From positions 183,892,001 to 183,956,000 of the forward strand of contig NC_042997.1 in assembly GCF_006345805.1 (NCBI RefSeq): a stretch of DNA of 64,000 nt, given 5' to 3'. Source of the stretch: Octopus sinensis (lineage: Eukaryota). Shown here piece by piece: positions 34,061-46,133 of the stretch. Both the position numbers and the translations under genes were made by a program. The notes under the pieces were generated by a model. It was not told where the DNA came from and did not search any database. It saw nothing but the letters and a program-made list of their open reading frames with translations. How positions within the stretch are numbered: position 1 is the first letter of the stretch; each line of letters begins with the position of its first letter.

Positions 34061-34571
34061 ACCTGTCACTATTTTAATTCTCCATTTTTTTTTTTATTAA
34101 TTTAAATAACATTCGAACAAAGAAGAATGTAAATGACACTGAACATTTATTTGTGTGATATGAAGTTTGAACAGCTATCTCTGCTAGGTGTGCAGTTCTT
34201 TAGTTTAAAGAGCTGGATATCTAGCTTTGCTATGTATACTCTTCTGTGGTTTAGAGAATTGGACATATAGCTCTGCCAATTTATTATTCAGGCTATATAA
34301 ACCGAATGCTTAACTCAACTAAGTGTACAGTATATTAGGTTGGACAATGGAATTTGACTCTGCTAAGTGTCCAACTTTATGTACTGATTCTAACCATAGA
34401 AATACTTCCATATTTTCATCCCCCATCTTAATTTTATGTCTCCTATTCATATAGGAGGATGAATTGATTCACTAGTCTTAGTGACAATTTTCATCTATTT
34501 TCACTGAGTTCTGCCTTTTATCTATCTTTCCAACATGGAACTCTGTGTCTATTTGTATTAAATGATAGCTC

Positions 34572-34577
34572 AATAAA
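34572..34577 (+). terminator. Candidate PFDN6 polyadenylation signal AATAAA
   Basis: First AATAAA noticed after the stop, followed by a T-rich tract. Confidence 0.5.
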
Positions 34578-36882
34578 ATGCTTTTGCTATTTTCTCTCAT
34601 GTATTTTTTAATCTGTTTTCAAACATTTTCTTACCAAATGTAAATAACTAATCAACATTTCTGCATATTGTAAAAGAAGCAACTTCCAGTGGATGGTCAC
34701 TATGGATTTTGTAATTTCTTTGTAGTGTTAGCAGCCCATAATCCATATTTGTCTGGAAATTGTAGATAAGATACCAGTGCCAGTGACACGTAAAAAGCAC
34801 CATCCGAGCGTGGCTGATGCCAGCGCCACCTGACTGGCGTCCATGTAGGTGACACGTAAAAGCACCCACTCACTCATGGAGTGGTTGGCGTTAGGAAGAG
34901 CATCAAGCTGTAGAAACACTGCCAGATCAGACTGGAGCCTGGTGCAGCCTCCTGGCTTCCCAGACCCCGGTCGAACCGTCCAACCCATGCTGGCATGGAA
35001 AACGGACGTTAAACGATGATGATGTTAATTGAACATCACTTCTAAGTTGATTTTATTCAACCTGTTCCTTTTTGGTTCACTTCCCTTAGTTCTTCTGTCA
35101 GTTTATAGTTTTGTAAATTTCTATGTTATCTCCTGTTAGCTAGTTTTCTAATTGCTCAATTTTGTAACAGAAGCATTACAGTTCTTATGTATATAGAGGC
35201 TAGCAGAATTTCATGTATTCCAGAGACATTAAAGTACATTGTCAACTTGTGATACCTTTGGAAATAGAACATTGACTTAACAGTTCAATCTGTATTAGAT
35301 TTTAACCTGTCATTATTGCATAACATCTGCTACAAAAAGTCAAACAAACTGTGGATTTTTAAAAACCTTCATTCTTGACTAACAAAAAAAAAACATGTAA
35401 ACATACACCCACAGGTCTATGTAAAAAGCACCTGTGTTAATCCATGTAAAAAAGCAACCATGCTGGTCCATGTAATAACAATAAATGGGTTGGATATGCT
35501 TAGGAGTGGGGAAGTCTGATTTTATTAGAAGTTTATTACTTTTGTTATGAATAGTAACTGAAATTTTAAGCATTTTAAAACAATATTTCAAAATGTTTGC
35601 AATAAAGTGAACTCTGTCGAAGGCACTCGGTGACGTAGTGCTATTAGGCCTATCGTGTCTTATTCTCTTTTTTTTTTTTCCAAAAGTTCCCCAATATTAA
35701 TGTGGAACGAGCACTCAAGAGATTGACAACAGGAAAGAGAATTTCAGTAGGAACACATATCTCAGAATAAAGCCAAGGTTCAGCAGAGGGAGCCTTTAGG
35801 TAGGCCAAAAGCATATAAAAATAATCGAAATTGAACCAATCCTATGGCTGGTACCTGGCAGTTGCCAGTGCCACTGGACTGACTCCTGTGCAGGTGGCAA
35901 ATAAAGAAACACCATTTCGACCCTGTGCTTGAGGAGACCTATTGAGTCAAGTACATCAACATCAAAAATCAATGGAAATTGTAGTTGTGATCCCTGTGCC
36001 AGTGGCATGTAAAAAGCACCATCCGAATGTGGCTGATGCCAGTGCCGTCTTGACTGGTTTCCGTGCTGGTGGCATGTAAAAAGCACCAACCGATTGTGGC
36101 CGTTGCCAGCCTCGCCTGGCACATAAAAAGCACCTACTACATTCACGGAGTGGTTGGCGTTAGGAAGGGCATCCAGCTGTAGAAACACTGCCAGATCAAA
36201 CTGGAGCCTGGTGCAGCCTTCTGGCTTCCCAGACCCCGGTCGAACCGTCCAACCCATGCTAGCATGAAAAATGGACGTTAAACGATGATGATGATGTGGT
36301 TAGAGAACATTTCGTAACTAATTAGAAATAATTACATTGGGTAGAAAAAAAAAACAATCTTTGAGTAATATTTTCATTTGTTCTTAATTATGGGAGACCA
36401 GCAGACATATTTTGGTTTTATTTTGACTTCATCTTTAGTCCTTAGTTGGTTGTATACTTTCATAAGCTATCAGCTGGTGAAAATGTGAATCTCCTCTAGT
36501 AATAATAAAATCTATCCTCTTCTTGCTATATATTTCACTTTAGCTCAATCTCAGTTGTTTTTGTGAATTCATTTAATTTTTTGTCTATTTTAGTCTAATA
36601 ATTGTAACTGCTATTAAGGTTACACTGCATAAATGTGTTTCCTTGCAACAACATAAAGAAGTAATTAGTTAGACAGTATTGTAATTTAATATGAGAAAAA
36701 TTTTGATAAGTTTTCTATATCGTAAAATGAAAATGTGCATGTAACTGGTTTGTCTTTTTATATGGTTCATTTACTGGTTGAAAGTAACCCCCCCCCCCCA
36801 TAATGGTAAATATTCTAAATGAAAAATATTGAGAAGCCTTTATAATTATGTAGAATCGATGTCATCTATTTTTTAAGAAGCA

Positions 36883-37372
36883 TTTTTACCCTGCATGCAA
36901 AAGCAGGGTATTGTAATCACTTGTCTTAGTCTGTTTGTCTGTGTTTTTGCAAAATTACTGGAAAATGGCTGAATGGATTTTCACTAAATTTGGCAGAAAT
37001 ACTCATTGGGTGAGTGGCTTAAAATGATGAAAATTTGGTTTTGTTATCTTGAAACATTCATAAATACATAGATATGTGACTGTGTGCATGTACAATGAAG
37101 GATTTGAGGGTTTTGTTTATTTATGAATTAATTTCATAATTACATCAGAGTATAAATACCTATAATACCTATAATGGTGATACTTAAAAAAAAAAAAATT
37201 TTTTTAATCGAACTTAAAAATTTCCTAATAAGCAAGTTTAGTCAATCGCAAAGCTTAATTCAGTTCAATTAAAAAGCATAGGTAAGCAACTTTGTAAGCC
37301 ACACTATAATTTACAAAAAAAAATTATCTATGTGCAGGGCCTGCATCATCCCTCTGATGCCTTATTTTTTTT
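36883..37372 (+). mobile_element. Helentron-associated (HINE/DINE-1-like) non-autonomous element
   Basis: 5' ttttt-accctgca..gcagggt (subTIR plus its inverted repeat), GTCT-like tract, tggattttcactaaatttgg core, 3' tgcaggg subTIR, stem-loop gcatca-tccctc-tgatgc and T-run. Confidence 0.7.
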
Positions 37373-38589
37373 CTCAAGAAATGTACTTTGTTCTTTAAAT
37401 GGCTTGGATATGCTTAGGAGTGGGGAAATCTGATTTTATTAGAAGTTTATTACTTTTGTTATGAATAGTAACTGCAATGTTAAGCATTTGAAAACAATAT
37501 TTCAAAAATAAACTGGACCTCTAGCTTTATAACCTTCATCAGTTTAGTTATGTGTTAATAAAAACAAAGAAATAGTATGACAGGATAAGAACTTGCAATA
37601 CTTGAGCTGCTTTGATCCATTCAGTTATTTTGACACGCCAGAGCTGTGATTCAGCCTACGTATAAAGGCAGATTGGAATTTAACCCTTGGCAGACAGCAA
37701 TCCAAGAGACTTCTGACGCTTTGAGAACTGTCTTCAGCCCATGGCCTTAGGATCATCTCTGCTGTTAATTAGGGACAAAACAACGCTGTTGACAGACAAA
37801 TGAGCAGACCTTTTTCACAGTGTCCTGAGTCATTCACTATCAATAAAGCAGCAAAAAGATTGTTTACCTCAAGCCAAAGTTATGTATATAGGTATGATTT
37901 GGATTTTGAAAAACATAATTTAAGGTTTTAATATATCCATACTAATGCTTGAGCCTTAATGTTGTTGCAGTCCTATGTATCTTTTATTCAATTTCTATAT
38001 GAAGTTTTCAATAGTTGTTTAGCCCCTGAACAAACAGATAAGTGGACTAATTCAGTTGAAGGTAGCCACTGGATGTCATTCTCAGTTAGTCAGAATGTAT
38101 CTACCCTCGTATGTGAATGAATATTATCTCTGAATTGAGTGGATGAAACTAATAATGGACTCCACTGCACATCTCAATAGATTGGGAAAGGAACTAGAAA
38201 AAGTACCCTAAACACAGTTTTGCTTACTGCAGCTGGCAGAGATCTTGAACTGGTGATTGAAAAATTTAATGTAAAACATCACTGTAGACAGATCAAGTGA
38301 ATAATCATAGACATCACCAATGTGGAGAGAGATGAGAAGAAAAAAAAAAAGCCTTGGGCACTAGAAAGCTCTCACAAAAAGGTATAAAGACAGTAGACTG
38401 AGTGAAAATCAAGTGACTGGAAAAGGCCAAGTCACAGAAACAGGGATAGGGAATATCTGGGCTGGTTGCAACATTGAAGAATGACCTAACTTGAGGTGAG
38501 CTTCGCTTTCAAGAATTGTGTCAGAAAACTCATTGGTCTTTGTCTTTCCAAGGGATTGAACAATTGGCTTATAACACATGCAATAAATT

Positions 38590-40150
38590 TTCATCGATAG
38601 TGCTTATGCATCCACAATAACAAAGCTGGAGGAAGTCAAGAAAAAGTTCCATGAAGAATTGAATGAACTCTTATCAGTTCTGTGCCAAACCAAGACAAGC
38701 TTAATGTTCTTGGGTTTGACTATGGGAGTTGTGAGGGAACAACTGGAAGAAGTAGAGTTGGAAAGTGCAACAGCAATGGCTTTCAGTTTTTATGAAGTGT
38801 AGTGGGTGCTTTTACGTGCCACCGGCATGAGGACACGTAAAAGCACCCACTACACTCTCGGAGCGGTTGGCGTTAGGAAGGGCATCCAGCTGTAGAAACT
38901 CTGCCAAATCAAGATTGGAGCCTGGTGCAGTCATCTGGTTCGCCAGTCCTCAATCAAATCGTCCAACCCATGCTAGTATGGAAAGCAGACGTTAAACGAT
39001 GATGATGGTGTACAGATCATGTTGCAAAAAAGTCATCTTCCTGCTCCTCTATAACTTGACATCATAGACGGACCCTTTCACTCTGAAATCTAGTCAACTG
39101 CCTTTTCGTTATGATTAAACACAGACTGTATGACCAATGCTATGTGTAGTGCCTATTACTAGACTCCTGTCCCAGTTTAGTATCTGCATCCAGTCTATTC
39201 AACTTTCTCAGGGGTGGAGGAACTAACCATGGAGCTGTCACCAATTTGTTTTCAATGTCTGCAAAAAAGCAAACTTGGGATGTTCAGTCTCTCCTTCACT
39301 GATGTAAACGAAGATTCAGCAGCTGTCAGAAGCTTATTTGGCTCTTCGCTGGCCCAAACAACTGGGTCAATTTGAAGAGAATAACACTGAGATATAAACC
39401 TTCTTGGACTTAAGGCGGTGAACTGGCAGAAACGTTAGCACGCCGGGCGAAATGCGTAGCCGTATTTTGTCTGCTGTTACGTTCTGAGTTCAAATTCTGC
39501 TGAGGTTGACTTTGCCTTTCATCCTTTCGGGGTCGATTAAATAAGTACCAGTTACACACTGGGGTCGATATAATCGACTTAATCCGTTTGTTTGTCCTCT
39601 CTGTGTTTACTCCCTTGTAGGTAGTAAAGAAATAGATATAAACCTTCTTGGACTTGAAGCACTATCTTCTCAGAGTTCGCCAGAATGACAGATTGCCCAA
39701 AAGCACGAAGTGTTCTTTCATCGTGATACACAAGACTGTCCTGGCTAAGCTGTGGCAGGTGCAGAAATCATGCCTATATATGAAAGCAGATTGAAATTTA
39801 ACCCTTGGCAGACAGCAATTCAAGAGACTTCTAAGATGCCTTGAGAACTGTCTACAAGTTCATGGCTTCAGTATCATCTCTGCTGTTCATTAGGGACATA
39901 ACAACACTGTTGAAGGACAAATGAGCAGACCTCATTCACAGTGGCCTGAGCCATTCACTATCAATAAAGCAGCAAAAAGATTGTTTGCCCCAAGCCGAGG
40001 TGAACATGTCACTGGCCAACCTTCCTGCTAAATGACCACAGCGTCTGAGCAAGAGAAGCAGACGAGTTGAATAGAAAGGGGAGGTGAGAAAGTCGAGAGC
40101 TACAGGTGAGTTATCAAATGTAAATAAATAATACAGACTCGTCAGCTGGT
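38590..40150 (+). mobile_element. Old RTE (BovB-like) LINE fossil interrupted by younger insertions; a duplicated piece lies at 37661-37879
   Basis: Remnant peptides SAYAST..EEVKKKF.EELNELL, GKCNSNG and ADSNSRDF.DALRTVY align by eye to the RTE EN and post-EN regions. Confidence 0.6.
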
Positions 40151-43100
40151 CACAAACATGCATCTGCAAAGGATGTCACAAATATCTGTTTCTTTATTAC
40201 CCACAAGGGGTTAAACATAGAGGGGACAAACAAGGACAGACAAACAGATTAAGTCGATTACATCGACACCCCAGTACGAAACTGGTACTTAATTTATCGA
40301 CCCCGAAAGGATGAAAGGCAAAGTCGACCTCTGCGGAATTTGAACTCAGAACGTAACGGCAGACGAAATACGGCTACGCATTTCGCCCGGCGTGCTAACG
40401 TTTCTGCCAGCTCGCCGCCTTAGGATGTCACAAATATCTATTTCTTTACTACCCACAAGGGGCTAAACACAGAGGGGACAAACAAACGGATTAAGTCGAT
40501 TACATCGACCCCAGTGCGTAACTGGTACTTAACTTATCGACCTCGAAAGGACGAAAGGCAAAGTCGACCTCTGCAGAATTTGAACTCAGAACGTAACGGC
40601 AGACGAAATACGGCTACGCATTTCGCCCAGCGTGCTAACGTTTCTGCCAGCTCGCCGCCTTAGGATGTCACAAATATCGTCCATACGTAACAGACGAGTC
40701 AAAGATTGTCACATAGAGTTATCTCCCATAGTTAGATAACTACTGCCATCTATTGTCAATACATCATATTCGTAAACTACGGGGAACCTTGGATTCATAA
40801 TTACCATACATAAAAAAAAAAAAAATTAAGAAAAAAAAGGAATTCAGACTGAATATATCATTTCACACAGTAAACAAGAAAATGGATGAAAATCCTTATA
40901 GCTATAAACTCGATCTTTCACATCGTAGTGCTGTTGAAGAATTATTAATGGGTCATTCTTTAGTTTGTCAGTTACCGTAACCGGCCACCTTCAGAATGAT
41001 CGTAAGTATACAATTATTTATTTAATTAGTTTGTTTATTTCGATAGCTTTCAGTAATATAATAAATATCTATTCAGCATTGTTTTAATTAAAATTCTATT
41101 GCTAGTATTCAAAACACCAATAACAACAACAAGTAGAAACACAGTACGATTTATAAATAAATAAATATCTTACAAGACAGCCTTGAGAAGCATACGTTTA
41201 TTTGTATCAATTTTTACCACAGATGTTATGAGTGATGAGAAGTTAGTTGATTCAAAATATTTTTCAAGATTCTTAAAACTTTAAACAAATTACTATCTTC
41301 TAATCAATTTGAGACTGTCACCACACGCATATGTCAAATTGTTGCGGGGATTATAGCCTATTTAATTAAACATTAACAGATTATTTGCCGTCGTTTATTC
41401 AAACGCAGCAGTCAGATGTTAAAGTCAGTGTATTTTAATGTTTGCTGAAATGAATAACATATCTAAGTGCAACAGAGTTTCATGTACACACCAAGCTTAT
41501 TTTTTTCTGTTTTCATAAGTGACTGAAGGGATATCAGAATACACAGATCAACGTTGTACATTAATTTTAATGGGCAGCTGTTTTTACTTATGGTATTTTT
41601 ATTATTTACTCCCAGAATTGTATGCTGTTATTTCTGATCACTGGTTACTATATATGACGTGTATACAACATAAAATTTCAGCGATTATTTATAAGGTTTT
41701 GAGAAAATACCTTTGCTATCCGAAATAAAAATTTACATAATCGGACATGTTATGGATATTGTGTAGTTGCGATATACATCACAATTGAAATTCGTAAGTA
41801 ACAGTTCTATTTCAGTTCAGGTTAAGGAGGTCTGTTATTTAGTTATATTAGTTTGATATTCAAAATATTAACTCTTGGAGTGACGAGTGCTGGAGGATTG
41901 AAAGCAAACTCCTACCGATCTGAGAATGTGACCTGGTTTCGTTTCGCAGTTGTAACATTTAGCTTTTATTTTGCTGAAGAAATGCACGGACATCCCACAC
42001 TCTCGTTCCCCTTCTCTACAAATGTGTGGTAGTGTGCTAAAACAAGAAATCAACATTAGCTTTTGGATGAGTCATTAGTAATGGCATTGGTATCGATAAC
42101 GGGTAAGTCTACACTTTGCCATCTTTGAAAGATTTGGATTTAAACGTATAGTATCTGCAAAAAGGCCCGTGTAAACTTGCAGTATGTTTAACTTTAAAAA
42201 ATTATTCAGAATGATGGTCTGTACACAAAGATGTTTTAACTTGCTTTCGTAATATTTTTCTGATGAAATAACGGTTCTTTTACTTGTTTCAGTCATTTGA
42301 CTGTGGCCGTGCTGGAGCACCGCCTTTAGTAGAGAAATCGACCCCAGGACTTATTCTTTGTAAACCTAGTACTTATTCTATCGGTCTCTTTTGCCAAACC
42401 GTTAAGTTACAGGGACGTAAACACACCAGCATCGGTTGTCAAGCGATGTTGGGGGACAAATAAAGACACACACACACATATATATACGATGAGCTTCTTT
42501 TTAAGTTTCCGTCTACCAAACACACTCACAAGGCTTTAGTCGGCCCGAGGCTATAGTAGAAGACACTTGCCCAAGGTGCCACGCAGTGGGACTGAACCTT
42601 GTACCATGTGGTTGGTAAGCAAGCTACTTACCACACAGCCACTCCTGCACCTAAAAGTCCACTCATATATCTGTCAATGGAGTGGGTATATTATCCGACC
42701 CCTAGTGCGAAACTGATTGGTAAAATTAGCCGCGATGGATATATAATACTGAACACTTCGGATAATATATATATATTTATCCTTGATGGATGTGAAACTC
42801 AGGGTAACCTCATAGACCAGCCATAACTATATCTAATTACTCTGCTGCTCTATAACTTATAGTGTGCTTCCCTTTCAGACTTATGATTTACTGACGATTA
42901 TATATATTGTTTCAGTCATTAAACTGCAGCACCACTTTGAAAGAATTTTAGTCAAAGGAATTGATCCCAGTACTTTTTTTTTTATATCTAAGCTTGGTAC
43001 TTATTCTATTAGTTACTTTTGCTGAACTGCTAATTTATGAGTTTGTAAATATACCAACACCGGTTGTCAAGTAGTGATGCGGGACAAAGATACACACATG

Positions 43101-43844
43101 GATATATATACGACAGGCTTCTTTCAGTTTCTGCCTACCAAATCTACTCACAAGACTTTGGTCAACCCTAAGCTAAAATAGAAGGCACTTGTCCCAAGAT
43201 GGCAAGACTACGTTTACATTGAGGATCCTCTTAAAGGTCAATTTCTATTTTCTGGCATTTGTCCTGACTGGCAATGGGCTAGGTCTGAAATTTGGTGGAT
43301 CAAGGGATCCAACTTTGTTTATTTGTATGTATGTATGAATGAATGATTTTTTAAAGTTTTATTTAAGTTCATAAGAGAGTTCAAACTGGTTGCTAACAAA
43401 GCGACAATAATTTTTTAATTAAGAGTTCCCAATGTTTGTAAATATGTAATTGAGTTGGTGTGTTGGTTGAGCTGTTGATGTACACATGTGAATAGTATTT
43501 GCAACTTTTCACATAAAAATCTCAGATGGAGAATTTTTGGAATGTTTTACAAATCTTCACTGTTAGTTTCTTTTGCTGTTTCATCACAAAACCTAGTATT
43601 TCTAGGTTTTGGGGTAAATTTGTCCCACAAGAGGCTAAACATAGAGGGGACAAACAAGGACAAATGGATTAAGTCATTTACATCAATCCCAGTGCGTAAC
43701 AGGTACTTCATTTATCAACCCCGAAAGGACGAAAGGCAAAGTTGACCTCGGTGGAATTTGAACACAGAACACAGTGGCAGGCGAAATACCACAAAGTATT
43801 ATGCCTGGCGTGCTAACGTTTCTGCCAGCTCGCTGTCTTAATGC

Positions 43845-44790
43845 ACCAATGATAGGTACAAATGGGAATTTATAGTCAGGGTACAATGTTCTCTTTTTCC
43901 TGGACTTTTAATTGTATATTCACATCTGCTGGGCAGTTGACCTCAACAACAGTGCATTACTTTTGTTCCCTGTCCTGCAGAACAATCTCAGGTATGTTAT
44001 ATTTGCACTGAACTGCTGTTTTTAAAGGTGTGAATACCTGTTGGTTCTGACATGCCTTCAATGTATACATCAGGGCAGTCCTTTCTGGACATAACATTGT
44101 AAATAGTCTTTGCAACTATATCATGCCTCAGGAGCAGATAGTATCTCATAGACATTTGGGGCAGTTACTGATGATGATGTGGGTGATATCTTCCACACTG
44201 GTATAGCAGAGCCTACATCTTTTATCACATGGTATCTTTGTCCCTCTTGTTTATCTGGTATTTAGTAGCTATCTCGTGCACTTGGATAGTAAAGGCAAGT
44301 AGGGTGTAATATATCTATCGCAGGTCCAGGAGAGGCTACTCTTCATGTCATTGCTTCCTAGGTTACAGGATATGTATCCATGCATTGCTTTTTGTTGGTA
44401 TGTTGCCTGGTTCACCTCCAAGCTTCTGTTTAGGTAGGCCAGTCCAGCTCCTTTGGATCACATCAAACAGTTGTATTCTCAGAGTACCTGCACAGCAGTT
44501 CTCCAACTCTGAAGATGTTGTTGCTCTCACCTCTGAGTATGCAGGGAATGTACTTATTTCTTTCTTTACTGTTCAGCAGGTGTTGCCTGAATGAAACTGT
44601 GTGACATTCCAAGACCATATGCCTCTTCCGGAAGTTGCTTGTGGTTTCCAGTACCTTCCCAGTTTTGATGTGCAGGCTGCATATCCTGTCAAGTGTCCAG
44701 TCCAATATCCCAAATGTTGGTACTAGGACTGGCACTGCAAAAGCTTTGTGAGAAAAGGTTTTGTTTAATGTAGGTATGAATGCATACCAC
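43845..44790 (-). mobile_element. R4/Dong-like (restriction-like endonuclease) non-LTR retrotransposon 3' fragment
   Basis: AFAVPVLVPTFGILDWT...GRG, then CRLC..VEDITHII.SNC..RHDIVA (CCHC+RHD), then PEIVLQD..CTVVEVNCPAD (RLE core). Frameshifted. Confidence 0.7.
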
Positions 44791-44811
44791 ATATTTATAT
44801 ATATCTATATA

Positions 44812-46133
44812 CAGGGTGGCGCAGAGAGAACGGATGTTTTGAAAAAGTCACAAAGTCATTAATTTTAGCTGCAAACAAATTTTATTGACATCAATGTGTT
44901 TGTATTGAATTAGCATTTGTCAAAATCAAGTGTGGAAAACAACATCCATCATGTGGTGTGTTTTCATTGATGCATTTCTGAAGGCATTCTTGGAAGTTGG
45001 CCTCTACTTTCTCCAGCATTGCTCTGTCAATTAGGGTGACTTCCATACAAATAGCCTCCTTCAAATCGTCCAATGTATGGGGCTTGTGTGCACACACATG
45101 TGCCTTGAGGGTTTCCCCACAAGAAATACTTACACATGGACAAATCAGAGGACTGGGGGGGTGAAGGAATGTCAGCAAACCTGGAAATGAGGTGGTCGCT
45201 GAAGAGAGGGCGAAGAATGTCCATTGCTGCCGTGGCTGTGTGGGCCATCACCCCATCCTTCTGAAACCACACACATCAAATACGCATATGTTTTCATCAT
45301 AATTCAGGCACAAAGAAGCTGTTCATATCAATGTAATGCTTGAAGTTCACAGTAACAACATTTCCATTATTGTCTTCAAAAAAGTAAGAACCAATAATGG
45401 CAATTTTTCCAACAGCACACCAGACTGTCACTTTTGGGCTATGCAGTGGTCTTTGGTGCAGTTCTCTTGGATTTTCAAGAGCCCAATAACAGTTCTGTTG
45501 ATTCACCATGCCACTAAAATGAAAATGAGCTTCATCACTCATTAACTAAATGAGGTTGTCATTTGCCTCAAAAATTGCTTCCATCTGATGGGTAAAGGTA
45601 AGACACCGTGCATAGTTCCATGGTTTTTCTAACTGTTGCTGAACGACCAACTTGTACAGGTGGAAATGCAGATCTTCATGCAAAATGTGTCTTACCAATA
45701 CCAAGTTCAGTGGAATGCCTCTGAGCAGAGAGATTTGGGTCCATATCAAAGCTTGTCTGACACGTTCCACATTTTCTAGGGTCTGTACCATTCGTGGTGC
45801 CCCCGCCAGTCTCCTACTCATTAGCATACATCGTGTACGAAGTGCATTCACCCAACAAAAGAATGTGTTACGGGTGGGAACAGCCTGATTTTGGTGAATA
45901 TTGAAGTGGCATTGAAACTCACACTGAACTGCCATGACAGACTCAATATTCTTCACGTAACTGTTGTAGGCAAACATGCGATGCTCTATTGTCCACAGCG
46001 CCATGGCTTCACCTGAAAAGAAAAAAAATGCTAAGACACCATGGACCGAATGGTACCTGTCAGGCATATGTCCCTCCCACTGGAGCTGAGTAATAGCCAT
46101 TTCAAAAACGTCCGTCCTCTCTGCCACACCCTG
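44812..46133 (-). mobile_element. Tc1/mariner DD41D (rosa/Visitor-type) transposon fossil, 1322 bp
   Basis: TA flanks and imperfect TIR cagggtggcgcagagag / ctctctgccacaccctg. The transposase starts at ATG 46004 (MALWTIEHR), with SDEAHF, KVTVWC and WFQKDG motifs. There are 41 residues from that D to the third catalytic position, which is mutated to K. Frameshifted. Confidence 0.85.
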
